Positions 10,044 through 18,831 of a DNA stretch of 64,000 nucleotides are shown piece by piece. Within the stretch, counting starts at the first letter, position 1; each line of letters opens with the position of its first letter. The DNA is taken from assembly GCA_963703215.1 (NCBI GenBank), contig OY969800.1:3225483-3289482 (forward strand), written 5' to 3'. Made by a program: the position numbers and the translations under genes. Below the pieces are notes generated by a model that saw only the letters and a program-made list of their open reading frames with translations, was not told where the DNA came from and made no database searches. Origin of the DNA: an uncultured Bacteroidota bacterium. GTDB taxonomy: Bacteria > Bacteroidota > Ignavibacteria > Kryptoniales > JAKASW01.

Positions 10044-12954
10044 GACTAAGCCTTCCAGGGAACAAGTACATGAGAAGTCCGCACATGCAGGAGAAGACTT
10101 CTCAAATCTTCTAAAAAAGATTTTTGAGTTGTCGATCACATCAGGCTCATCCGCTGACCCGGCCAAATTCATAGGTGAGCTTGAGGAAGCAGCTGGACAC
10201 TCCCCTGACCAGTTCATGACGGTCAACAATCTTGAACGATTTCTCACCGTAACTCCGAACTCCGCTTCAATCTTATCTGACCTTTCGCGGGACAAAAAAT
10301 TGCGCGATGATTTTCTAAAGATTATCTCAACGAGTCAATATCTTGCTGATATACTTGTCAGGCATCCCGCCTACTTCAGATATTTATTCTCGCCTCAAGG
10401 GATTGAATCTCCTCTTAATCCAGATTCACTTCTCCAGGAATTATTTCGCCAGGTTTCGATTTACCAAGACGAGACTAAGAAGAACGATTTCCTTCGAAGG
10501 ATTTACAAGCGGGAAATTCTCAGGATCGGCGCGCGCGACATCTGCGGACGTGATGGAATTGATGAGACAACAATCCAGATTTCCCAGCTTGCCGAATCGA
10601 TTTTGAAAGTATTCTTCGAGATCACAGCTTCCGAACTCTCTGAGCGAATCATTTCGGAAAAAGAAAGCGGCAGCCCGCCGCCGATAAGCTGTATCGCCCT
10701 CGGAAAATTCGGAGGCAACGAGCTTAACTACAGCTCCGACATAGATCTCTTCTTCCTTTTTTCCGAAAAAGAAAGCGACAACCCCGAAGCCGCATCGGAA
10801 TATGCCAGCCATTTTGTCAGCCGGCTTATCAAGCACCTGACTGCCGAGTCGGCAGAAGGACATTTGTACAGAGTCGATCTTCGGCTGAGACCGGATGGCT
10901 CGTCTGGTGCGGCGGCGCAGAGTCTCGATGGAGCACTCGCTTATTACGAGTCGCGCGGCGAGCTGTGGGAAAGACAAATGCTTATCAAAGCGCGGCATGT
11001 CGCGGGAGAGGAATCACTAAGTAATGCATTTCTCAGTAATGTCCGCGCGTTCGTTTATCCGCGAACATGGCTCGAGAACCCGTTAGATGAAATCCCGCGA
11101 ATGAAAATTCGCATCGAGACGAACAATCCGAACGACCTGAATGTCAAGCTGCGCCGCGGCGGAATCCGGGACATCGAATTCATCACGCAGGCACTCCAAC
11201 TTTTGAATGGCGGCGCTTGTCCAGAAATCCAGACGGGCAACACTCTTCAGGCAATCAAAGCGCTTGAGAAAAATAAGTTCGTCGACAAGCACGAAGCGGC
11301 TTTGATGTCGGATGCTTATAAATTCTTCCGACTCGTCGAACACAGGCTTCAGCTGCTGAAGAATCTCCAAACACACACTCTTCCATCCGATGGTGCGGAG
11401 TTCAGAATTCTATCCAAGCGATGCGGATACAAGAACGAGAGAAGATTCAGAAACGAATTGTTCAATTGGTTTGATGCAGTAGCAGGTTTATTCAGCAACG
11501 TTTTTCGCATCGACCAGCCCATCGAGCGTTCTGAAATCGAGCAGCTTCTTGACGGATCGATCAACGACGAGAAGACCCGGCAGGTTCTCGAAAATTACGG
11601 TTTGACCAAAATTGAAGAAGGCTATCGGAACGCCCGTCTTCTTTCTCGCGGAGTGACGCGTCCAGGGGATGTCGAATTCCCGGCAACGATCACCAAAGCC
11701 TTCCGAGAAATTGCACCTGATCTATTCGAGGATATCAAACATACGGTAGATCAGGACCTCACACTAAAAAATCTCGCCCGGCTCATCCCTGCGATTAAAA
11801 GCCTCGAAGTATTTTATAAATCGCTGGAAGACGAAAGATTCAGGAAATTAATATTGACGCTCTGCTCGAAGGCGACCCGGTTCGTCGATTACCTTACCGC
11901 CAAGGCACTCCTTCTCGATATGACGTTATCGTCGGATCGACTTTTTGACAAAGACGTTTATGTCTCCGACGCGCTGCCGCTTTTCATTCAAAAGGAATTC
12001 AACGAAATCAAATTGGGATTGCTCTTCCTACTCGAAGAGATTCCAATTTCAGAAATGCAATCGAAATGGACCAAAGCGGCAGAACATTTCTTTTTTGATG
12101 CCGTCGGAAAAGTTTTCGCGAAGAATCAGCCTGTCGTGGTCGCAGGAGGAAAATTCGGATCGGGTGAAATGTCGTTCATGTCCGATCTCGACGTGATTTT
12201 CCTGTTACCCGAGAGACTGAAATCGCAGAAGCCTAACATCGAGAAAAAGATTCCCGACATTCAGAAAAATCTTCTCGACCCCGATGGAAACCAGTTCCTG
12301 ACGATGGATGTCAAGCTTCGACCGGAGGGAAAGAGCGCGCCTCTCTTGATGACCGAGTCGGAATACGCGAGTTACCTTGAAAACCGCATCTCGGTCTGGG
12401 AGATCATGGCGATGACACGTTTCAGAGTCCTTTCTCCATCTCCTGAAGTTCAAAAGCTAATCTCTCAGACCCTTAGTCAGTTTAAGTTGAACCGCTCATC
12501 CGTGAATGAGATTTCGTCAATCTACAGCAAACTCGTCGAAAGCAAGAAGTATTTCGACGAGATAGACGTGAAGTCAAGCGATGGCGGAATCGTGGCGATT
12601 GAGTTCATCGTGCAGACTCTCACTCTCGCCCATCTTGAGAAACTAGCTGACAGCCTTCCCCGCACAATTCTCGAATTGATAGAAAAGCTCAAAGGACTCG
12701 GTGCTCTCACAGACGAAGATGCGAATCAGATTTCCGAAACTTACGATTTCTATCGAACGATCGAGTTCGCGAATTACACATCGCTCGGCAAGGCGACGCA
12801 TAAGATTCCGCACGACGAGCGCGAGCTTGCTTCACTCGCATTGCATCTCGATTTCAAGAACCCCGACGAATTTCTCGACAGCCTCAAGTCCCGAATGCGC
12901 CGCGCGAGCTCGTTCTTCAGAAAGGTCATCTCAACCCTCGCTTCGACAGAATAG
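10033..12954 (+). CDS. glnE: bifunctional glutamine synthetase adenylyltransferase/adenylyl-removing enzyme
   Basis: 973 aa. Two nucleotidyltransferase modules (GKFGGNELNYSSDIDLFFLF ... LYRVDLRLRPDG, and GKFGSGEMSFMSDLDVIFL ... MDVKLRPEG), characteristic of GlnE. Confidence 0.9.
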   Translation: MDNKTKPSREQVHEKSAHAGEDFSNLLKKIFELSITSGSSADPAKFIGELEEAAGHSPDQFMTVNNLERFLTVTPNSASILSDLSRDKKLRDDFLKIISTSQYLADILVRHPAYFRYLFSPQGIESPLNPDSLLQELFRQVSIYQDETKKNDFLRRIYKREILRIGARDICGRDGIDETTIQISQLAESILKVFFEITASELSERIISEKESGSPPPISCIALGKFGGNELNYSSDIDLFFLFSEKESDNPEAASEYASHFVSRLIKHLTAESAEGHLYRVDLRLRPDGSSGAAAQSLDGALAYYESRGELWERQMLIKARHVAGEESLSNAFLSNVRAFVYPRTWLENPLDEIPRMKIRIETNNPNDLNVKLRRGGIRDIEFITQALQLLNGGACPEIQTGNTLQAIKALEKNKFVDKHEAALMSDAYKFFRLVEHRLQLLKNLQTHTLPSDGAEFRILSKRCGYKNERRFRNELFNWFDAVAGLFSNVFRIDQPIERSEIEQLLDGSINDEKTRQVLENYGLTKIEEGYRNARLLSRGVTRPGDVEFPATITKAFREIAPDLFEDIKHTVDQDLTLKNLARLIPAIKSLEVFYKSLEDERFRKLILTLCSKATRFVDYLTAKALLLDMTLSSDRLFDKDVYVSDALPLFIQKEFNEIKLGLLFLLEEIPISEMQSKWTKAAEHFFFDAVGKVFAKNQPVVVAGGKFGSGEMSFMSDLDVIFLLPERLKSQKPNIEKKIPDIQKNLLDPDGNQFLTMDVKLRPEGKSAPLLMTESEYASYLENRISVWEIMAMTRFRVLSPSPEVQKLISQTLSQFKLNRSSVNEISSIYSKLVESKKYFDEIDVKSSDGGIVAIEFIVQTLTLAHLEKLADSLPRTILELIEKLKGLGALTDEDANQISETYDFYRTIEFANYTSLGKATHKIPHDERELASLALHLDFKNPDEFLDSLKSRMRRASSFFRKVISTLASTE

Positions 12955-13208
12955 ATCGATATTTGTTTTTAAACGCTTCGCTCCAAGTTTTTTTACCGCT
13001 ATTTTTACTCAATGCCGATCATAGTGTTTACGATGGAATGACGGGTTTTGTGAGAGGGGGAGAGTTTCAAGAATTGAAAATTCTCAATTTCGAATTATGA
13101 ATTTAACCACAGAAAAGGAACGGCGACTAACTATCAGCAATCGAACTGCTTGCCGTGCTTGATAAGCTAATTCCCTCACACCTCTGTGACTCCTGTGATT
13201 AAATCTAC

Positions 13209-13400
13209 TTATTTCTTCAGAAGATCGAGAAGCTTTTTATTTACAAAGAAGTGATACTTTCCCACAACGGCCTCGCCAAGGATCTTCGCGCCGGCTAAAG
13301 CCGCCAGGTAACGGCTTGCGGTCGTGTAGTGAATGTTCAGCGTTTTGCCGAGGCTCACCGGCGAAATGATGGGATAAGTGAAAAGCGCATCCTCTGAAAA
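13209..13400 (-). pseudogene. Fic/DOC-family protein, C-terminal winged-helix remnant
   Basis: Only the last ~60 aa (FTYPIISPVSLGKTLNIHYTTASRYLAALAGAKILGEAVVGKYHFFVNKKLLDLL) resemble the C-terminal DNA-binding-like domain of Fic proteins. No Fic motif-bearing core lies upstream. The rest of track ORF 13209-13553 looks non-coding. Confidence 0.4.
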
Positions 13401-13745
13401 CGCCACAATGTCATTCCGACCGAATGAGATCCGACAACGTCGGGGCGAGTAAGCGGAGGAATCCCACGCGGAATACTTGGAAATAGCATTCGAGAATTTC
13501 CATAGAAGATTCCTCGACTCTCCCGACAAGGCCGGGATCGCTCGGAATGACAATATGGAGGATTACTCAACCAACATTTCAAGAGCTTCACGGAAGATTC
13601 CTCTCCGCCGGAGCCGGGTCAATCTACGGCGCAGCAATAGCGGGTTAACTCACAAGATTGTCATGTTGCGGAGTTCGATGAAAGTTTCCCACGCTGCTTT
13701 TGGGCATCAACTCGTTCACGTCGGAGGCTCCCGCACAAAACTAAT

Positions 13746-13795
13746 GGGGTCGCCCGGACAAGGAGGATATGAAAGCTTTCTTTCCGGACAACCCC
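13746..13795 (-). terminator. stem-loop downstream of the repeat-protein gene (putative intrinsic terminator)
   Basis: A 12-bp stem pairs 13746-13757 (ggggtcgcccgg) with 13784-13795 (ccggacaacccc), allowing two G-U pairs on the minus-strand RNA. On the minus strand it sits 35 nt after the stop at 13830 and is followed by AUUAGUUUUGUG. Confidence 0.45.
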
Positions 13796-13829
13796 TATAA
13801 AAAGAGGCGATCGCTGTTGACACCAGCCA

Positions 13830-14528
13830 TCAGGCAGTCACGTTCACTATATTGCCAAGAGGAGATTGCTGGTTGGAGCTGTAGGGAGATGAATTGGACG
13901 GCATCAAGTCCTGCAAGAGCGACGCATAAGAGCTTTGTGCGGCTGACATATTATTGGACTGGAGCGCACTCTCAAGGCTTTGCAGGTCTGTGCTCGACTG
14001 GCTGTTTGCCGAGAATAGACTCGATGAACCGCTGTTGTTCTGAACGTCCTGCATTAACGCACTGAACGCCGACTGTGCAGAAGAAGCGCTGCCGGATTGG
14101 ATTGCACTGCCGAGTGAACTCAGGTCGCTCATTTGTTGTGCCATCGCACTGTTCGCCTGTCCTTTGTGGTGGTGGTGGTGGTGATGGACAGCACCTGAAC
14201 CAGATGAAGCGCTTGCCTGCTGGGTCGCCTGCATGTCCTGCTGGAAAGCTGCAAGCGCACTTTGTGCGGAGGAGGCATTTCCCGATTGAAGCGCGGCACC
14301 GATTGCCTGGAAATCGCTCAGGCTTGCACCCGACAGAGCGTTCTGCCCGCTGGTCGAGCTTTGAAGATTGTTCTGGATCGTGGTGTATGCGGATTCTGCC
14401 GCAGACACGTCGCCCGATTGAAGTGCCTGTTCCAGCTGCATGAATTGTTGTCCGATGCTGTTTTGGTTGGAGTTAGTTTGAGCGAGCTGGTAGGCATTTG
14501 TTGTGGAGGATATACTGCTAATATCCAT
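13830..14528 (-). CDS. Gln/Ser/Ala-rich tandem-repeat protein with His7 tract (unknown function)
   Basis: 232 aa. Four ~33-aa repeats built around ALQSG(D/N)xSxAQSA...QQD. HHHHHHH is encoded at 14166-14186. No signal peptide or TM segment visible. Confidence 0.7.
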   Translation of the reverse strand: MDISSISSTTNAYQLAQTNSNQNSIGQQFMQLEQALQSGDVSAAESAYTTIQNNLQSSTSGQNALSGASLSDFQAIGAALQSGNASSAQSALAAFQQDMQATQQASASSGSGAVHHHHHHHKGQANSAMAQQMSDLSSLGSAIQSGSASSAQSAFSALMQDVQNNSGSSSLFSANSQSSTDLQSLESALQSNNMSAAQSSYASLLQDLMPSNSSPYSSNQQSPLGNIVNVTA

Positions 14529-14611
14529 TGTTCTACGCCTTTCTAATATGTTAACTGACTATATATCGGAGTTCCCCAACACTTCTTTAGCCCGTGAACA
14601 CCTTCTCCGTT

Positions 14612-14998
14612 TTATTCCATTGAGTCAATCGTACCATGATATCCCAGCGAATTGGCTGCTGATGGGCTTACCGGAATCGCTCCATATTCATCCTGCCAGT
14701 AGATGCCCCTTATTTTGTTGTCCTTCAGTTTAAAATGGTTGATGAAATATGATGACGCCCCCTTTAATCCTTTAGCAATATTAGAAGGCGTAATTGAAGC
14801 ATTTGATTCTACCAAAACTTGAAAACGGGCACTTACTCCGGTGGCTTCGAGTATTTCAACTGCAAGTTCCTTTTCCTTCGAGCTAAACACCTTCACAATT
14901 TCTCTCTTGACTTCTTCGTCAATCATCTGAAGATGATTCTTTGTCGTCCACCCAAAATGCAAATAGGCTCTCGAATAGGTTCCATGTCGCCCTTCCAT
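14612..14998 (-). CDS. IS200/IS605-like Y1 transposase homolog (RAYT-like) with degenerate HUH motif; probably inactive or exapted
   Basis: 128 aa. YSRAYLHFGWTTKNH, LKGASSYFINH and WQDEYGAIPVSPS align by eye to the YSQILIHxVFSTKxR / LKxxSSxW / WQxGYGAFSVS blocks of Y1 transposase-like proteins. The position of DHVHLL reads ARFQVL. Confidence 0.5.
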   Translation of the reverse strand: MEGRHGTYSRAYLHFGWTTKNHLQMIDEEVKREIVKVFSSKEKELAVEILEATGVSARFQVLVESNASITPSNIAKGLKGASSYFINHFKLKDNKIRGIYWQDEYGAIPVSPSAANSLGYHGTIDSME

Positions 14999-15272
14999 GG
15001 TGTAATTCTTTCTTTGAATCGATCATGGAGAATCATCTCACTGAGCTCACCGTCCGTTAAAACAGACTGCTCCACAAGGCTCAAAATCTGCCGATGGCGG
15101 ATTCGTGCCTCGCAAGGCGTCGATTTTAATCGATGCCGATGGATGAGGCAATGAAGATTCTTTCAGCGACATTTAAAAAAATCGCTGCTGCTTTTATATT
15201 AACCGTACAACAAACGATCAGAGGAGTTTCCCGATTTCTATTCAGGAGAATAAAAGAGACATCGCTTTCGGC

Positions 15273-17186
15273 TTGCCGAAAGATTTCATCATCGCCATCG
15301 GAATTGCTTTCGTGTCTTTCGTGGTTTGTCTATCCACCATGTCCCGAAGCATGCCGTACATAGACGGCGGAGAGATTACGACAGTACTCTGGACACTCGG
15401 AATTGCTCACCCGACAGGTTATCCTCTCTTCACGCTTCTCGGACATGCGTTTGTTCTCATTCCATTCTTCCATGAAGTTGTGCTTCGCGCAAATCTATTC
15501 GCAGTTGTCTGCACTTCGCTCGCGAGCGGAATATTCTATTTCGTTTTCGTTGAGGCGCAGCGTGTTCTCTTATCCAGCGAAATAATTTCTGGAAACAAAA
15601 AGAGCAAACAGAAGTCGCCTAAGAAAAATAACAAAGAACCAAGCGGCGAGAAAGATTTCACTGCCAAATCAGTTGCCGCGGCTGCTGCTTTGTCATTGGT
15701 CTTTTCCAAGACTTTCTGGACTCAAAGCACAGTGGTTGAGTCTTATCCGCTGCAGCTCCTGCTGTTTGCAACGATACTCCTCACATGGCTCAAGTTTTAT
15801 TCGACCCCGACCAATCTCCTCGCTTTCCTTTCAGGCTTAACTCTCGGGCTGGGATTCACCAATCACATGACGACCGTGCTGACATTACCGGCACTCATTT
15901 ATCTTCTTGTATCCAGGTACAGGCAAAAGAAAGCCAAGCTGAGTTTCCTAGGGTTCATAATATTCGGCGGTTTCCTGGCGGGACTTTTATACATTTACCT
16001 TCCAATCAGGGCATCCCAGCATCCGCTCATGAATTGGGGAAACCCGCACGACCTTCAGAGATTTATCTGGCATGTTACGGCAAAACAATTCAGAACATGG
16101 ATGTTCAGCTCATTCGACGTGTTCCAGCATCAATTAGGCATCTTCTTCTCCGGGCTTTACACGGAGTTCAGGATCACGATTCTAATCGTCGTAATAGGAA
16201 TGATTGTTTCAGTATCTTCACATAGAAAATATTTCTGGCTGGCAGCAATTCTTCTCGTCAGCGATCTGCTTTATGCGGCGAACTACAGCATCCACAATAT
16301 CGACAGTTATTTCTTACTCGGATATATCTCACTTTCCCTGTTTTCAGTGATTGGCTTCCGCACTTTGGCAAATCGATTCTCGAACATGGTGCAAGGCAGA
16401 GTGGTGGTTGCCATCGTACTCTTTCTATTCCCGGCGATTTCGGCGTATTCCAATTTTAGCAGAGTAGATGCCGGCAAAGACTACTCCGTTGAGATGTACA
16501 CGCGAGACATCTTGACTAGCGTGCCGGAGAATTCACTCGTACTCTCATATCAGTGGGACGATTTTGTGGCGTCCTCACTGTACTACCAGAATGTTGACAG
16601 GCTCCGCACCGACGTTATAGTTATCGACAAAGAATTGATCAGAAGATCATGGTACGCCGCGCAGGTCCACGAGAGATTCTCCTCCCTCTTTCCGCAAAAC
16701 GATCGAGCTTACGATGCGTATCGAGAAAACCTGCGGCTCTTTGAAAATGACTTGCCTTATGATCCCGGTAGCATCGAGTCAAGCTACTCGAATTTCATCC
16801 GAGAAATAATAAGCGGAGCGATCCGAAATGACAGAGCAGCGTTTGTTGGACCGGAAATGGAAGATCAGTATCTGAGAGGCTTTATCAAGGTGCCGTTCGG
16901 TTTACTCTTCGAGCTTAGAACCGATACCGCATACGTCCCATGTGACATATCGGAGCTAAATGGATTCCATGCCGCGAAAGTCGTCGACACGGATTATTCG
17001 CACCAGATAATTAATTTCTATGAGAAAATGTTTCTGGCACGTGCGCAATACGAATACTCTCACAAGAGACTTGATCTCGCAGTCGAATGTTTGGACAAGT
17101 CACTCGAATTGGATCCTACTTCCCAAGTTGCGCAAGGAGCGAGGTTGAGGATATTGGAGGAGATAAAAGCAAGTGGCACTCATTGA
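15273..17186 (+). CDS. DUF2723 domain-containing membrane protein (glycosyltransferase-C-like, TPR-like C-terminus)
   Basis: 637 aa. YIDGGEITTVLWTLGIAHPTGYPLFTLLGHAF is the hallmark DUF2723 start. About 10 TM helices follow, then a soluble helical C-terminal domain. Confidence 0.75.
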   Translation: MPKDFIIAIGIAFVSFVVCLSTMSRSMPYIDGGEITTVLWTLGIAHPTGYPLFTLLGHAFVLIPFFHEVVLRANLFAVVCTSLASGIFYFVFVEAQRVLLSSEIISGNKKSKQKSPKKNNKEPSGEKDFTAKSVAAAAALSLVFSKTFWTQSTVVESYPLQLLLFATILLTWLKFYSTPTNLLAFLSGLTLGLGFTNHMTTVLTLPALIYLLVSRYRQKKAKLSFLGFIIFGGFLAGLLYIYLPIRASQHPLMNWGNPHDLQRFIWHVTAKQFRTWMFSSFDVFQHQLGIFFSGLYTEFRITILIVVIGMIVSVSSHRKYFWLAAILLVSDLLYAANYSIHNIDSYFLLGYISLSLFSVIGFRTLANRFSNMVQGRVVVAIVLFLFPAISAYSNFSRVDAGKDYSVEMYTRDILTSVPENSLVLSYQWDDFVASSLYYQNVDRLRTDVIVIDKELIRRSWYAAQVHERFSSLFPQNDRAYDAYRENLRLFENDLPYDPGSIESSYSNFIREIISGAIRNDRAAFVGPEMEDQYLRGFIKVPFGLLFELRTDTAYVPCDISELNGFHAAKVVDTDYSHQIINFYEKMFLARAQYEYSHKRLDLAVECLDKSLELDPTSQVAQGARLRILEEIKASGTH

Positions 17187-17226
17187 GAAGGATTGATTTG
17201 GTTTTAATGTCGAACTCAACCCCCGT

Positions 17227-17284
17227 CCCCTTCTCTTGGAAAGAGAATGGGAGCACAAAGTCCCTCTCTTTCTAAGAGAGGGAC
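17227..17284 (+). repeat. two tandem hairpins preceding the DUF559 gene
   Basis: Hairpin 1 (17227-17251) pairs ccccttctctt with aagagaatggg, with one mismatch. Hairpin 2 (17260-17284) is gtccctctc-tttctaa-gagagggac, a perfect 9-bp stem. Confidence 0.5.
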
Positions 17285-17297
17285 TTAGGGTGAGTTC

Positions 17298-17687
17298 GTG
17301 AGGAAAGCGATGACCTACTACAGTACTGTGATAGTTGCGAAGCGTGCTGCACGCGATCTTCGGAGGAAACAGACAAATGCCGAAGCTAAATTGTGGAATC
17401 TTCTGCGTAACCGTCAATTTTATGGAAAGAAGTTTCTGCGACAACATCCTATCTTTTTCGAATACGAGTCTAAGAAGAGATTTTTCATAGCAGACTTCTA
17501 TTGCCATGAAGAAAAACTGGTCGTTGAGATCGACGGGAAGATTCACGAATACCAAAAAGACTACGACAATCTAAGGACATACATAATAAATGCGTTCGGA
17601 ATTCGAGTTGCCAGGTTCAGGAATGAAGAAGTCGAAAATAACATTGAAACCGTGTCAGATGCATTAAGAAGATTAATTACAAAATGA
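17298..17687 (+). CDS. DUF559 (Vsr/PD-(D/E)xK-like endonuclease) domain protein
   Basis: 129 aa. ARDLRRKQTNAEAKLWNLLRNRQFYGKKFLRQHPI...FIADFYCHEEKLVVEIDG is the typical DUF559 core. The likely true start is ATG 17310. The stop overlaps the next gene's ATG (ATGA). Confidence 0.8.
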   Translation: MRKAMTYYSTVIVAKRAARDLRRKQTNAEAKLWNLLRNRQFYGKKFLRQHPIFFEYESKKRFFIADFYCHEEKLVVEIDGKIHEYQKDYDNLRTYIINAFGIRVARFRNEEVENNIETVSDALRRLITK

Positions 17688-18790
17688 CATTCATTCAGAC
17701 CCTGATACTCTTCGCGCTGCTTTATTTTTCCGAGCTTGCGTTCTTTGCCTACGCCGCACATCGTTCTCGCCTTGAAAGTAAGAGAAGAACGGAGCTTGGT
17801 CCGCTCCCGAAAGTGTCGATCGTAGTTGCCGCAAAGGATGAAGAAAACAATCTTCCACGCTGCTTAGAGTCGCTGGTTAACCTCGAATATCCGAAAGACA
17901 ATCTGGAAATAATAATTGTCAATGATCAATCAATGGATAAAACAGCCGATGTCATTGACAAGAAATCTAAGGAATTTGGATTCGTGCGGCGTTTAGATGC
18001 AAAGGAAAGCAGCGAGCTGCGCGGCAAGACGAATGCGCTTGCGCAGGGGATCGAAGACGCGACTGGAGATTTCGTCTTCATGACAGACGCCGATTGTGCG
18101 GTTCCCGCAACCTGGATCATGGAGACATTGAAATATTTCGAGCCGCAGACCGGAATCGTTGGAGGAGTCACGCTGATCTCGAAAACAAACCGACCGGTTT
18201 ACGGGATTCAAGCTCTGGATTGGGATATCCTGCTGACTATCGGTGCCGGCGTTGCGACAATAGGAAGACCTCTCGCATGTCTCGGGAACAATCTCGCGGT
18301 TCGCAAGAAAGCTTACGAGGACGTCGGAGGCTACAGAAAAATAAAGTTCAGCGTGACGGAAGACTTCGCGCTATTCAAGGCGATCGCCAACTCAGGCAAA
18401 TGGCGCTATCGTTTTCCAATGGAGAAGTCGACGCTCGTCGAGACTTTGCCGGTGGAATCGCTCAAACAAGTTTTCGCGCAAAGAAAAAGATGGGCGACGG
18501 GCGGTAAGGAAACCGGATTGTTTGGATATGTTACTCTCGCTCCGGGTTTCATTTTTCACTGGCTGATAATCCTCTCTCTGTTCGTTTCCCTTCCCGCATT
18601 CATTTCTTTTTTCCTTGTGAAGCTGGTCGTGGATTCATCCTTTGTTTATCCTTCTCTCAGATACTACGGAAAAATTGCTCACTTGAAATTCATACTTTAT
18701 TTTGAGATTTATTACTTATTGTATGTTGCGATTCTCCCATTCGCTGTTTATTTTGGAAAGAGAGTTATTTGGAAAGGACGAAAATACTAA
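17684..18790 (+). CDS. family 2 glycosyltransferase, membrane-integrated (processive type)
   Basis: 368 aa. VSIVVAAKDEENNL, DADC (DxD) and QRKRWATG (QxxRW) motifs, plus C-terminal TM helices. Confidence 0.8.
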   Translation: MTFIQTLILFALLYFSELAFFAYAAHRSRLESKRRTELGPLPKVSIVVAAKDEENNLPRCLESLVNLEYPKDNLEIIIVNDQSMDKTADVIDKKSKEFGFVRRLDAKESSELRGKTNALAQGIEDATGDFVFMTDADCAVPATWIMETLKYFEPQTGIVGGVTLISKTNRPVYGIQALDWDILLTIGAGVATIGRPLACLGNNLAVRKKAYEDVGGYRKIKFSVTEDFALFKAIANSGKWRYRFPMEKSTLVETLPVESLKQVFAQRKRWATGGKETGLFGYVTLAPGFIFHWLIILSLFVSLPAFISFFLVKLVVDSSFVYPSLRYYGKIAHLKFILYFEIYYLLYVAILPFAVYFGKRVIWKGRKY

Positions 18791-18831
18791 AGAATCGGTA
18801 CCGCATATAAAAAGTAAGGAAGACCAACTGA

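Noticed and set aside
10441-10998. 185-aa minus-strand ORF
   Set aside because: It lies inside and antisense to glnE, which is continuous and motif-complete on the + strand.
13669-13690. tRNA-like T-arm sequence GAGTTCGATGA
   Set aside because: The flanking bases cannot form the 5-bp T stem, and no acceptor, D or anticodon arms can be drawn. It is not a tRNA.
13746-13795. Possible SRP (4.5S) RNA: the minus strand reads GUCCGGAAAGAAAGC, similar to the conserved GUCCGGAAGGAAGC of SRP domain IV
   Set aside because: The match is short and carries an insertion and a G-to-A change. The element is only a 50-nt hairpin without the symmetric/asymmetric loop architecture or the expected ~100-nt length. 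Its position right after a stop codon fits a terminator better.
14166-14186. (GTG)6-ATG trinucleotide repeat
   Set aside because: It is not an independent repeat element or CRISPR-like feature. It is the coding sequence (minus strand CAT-(CAC)6) of the His7 tract in the repeat protein, and is reported under that gene instead.
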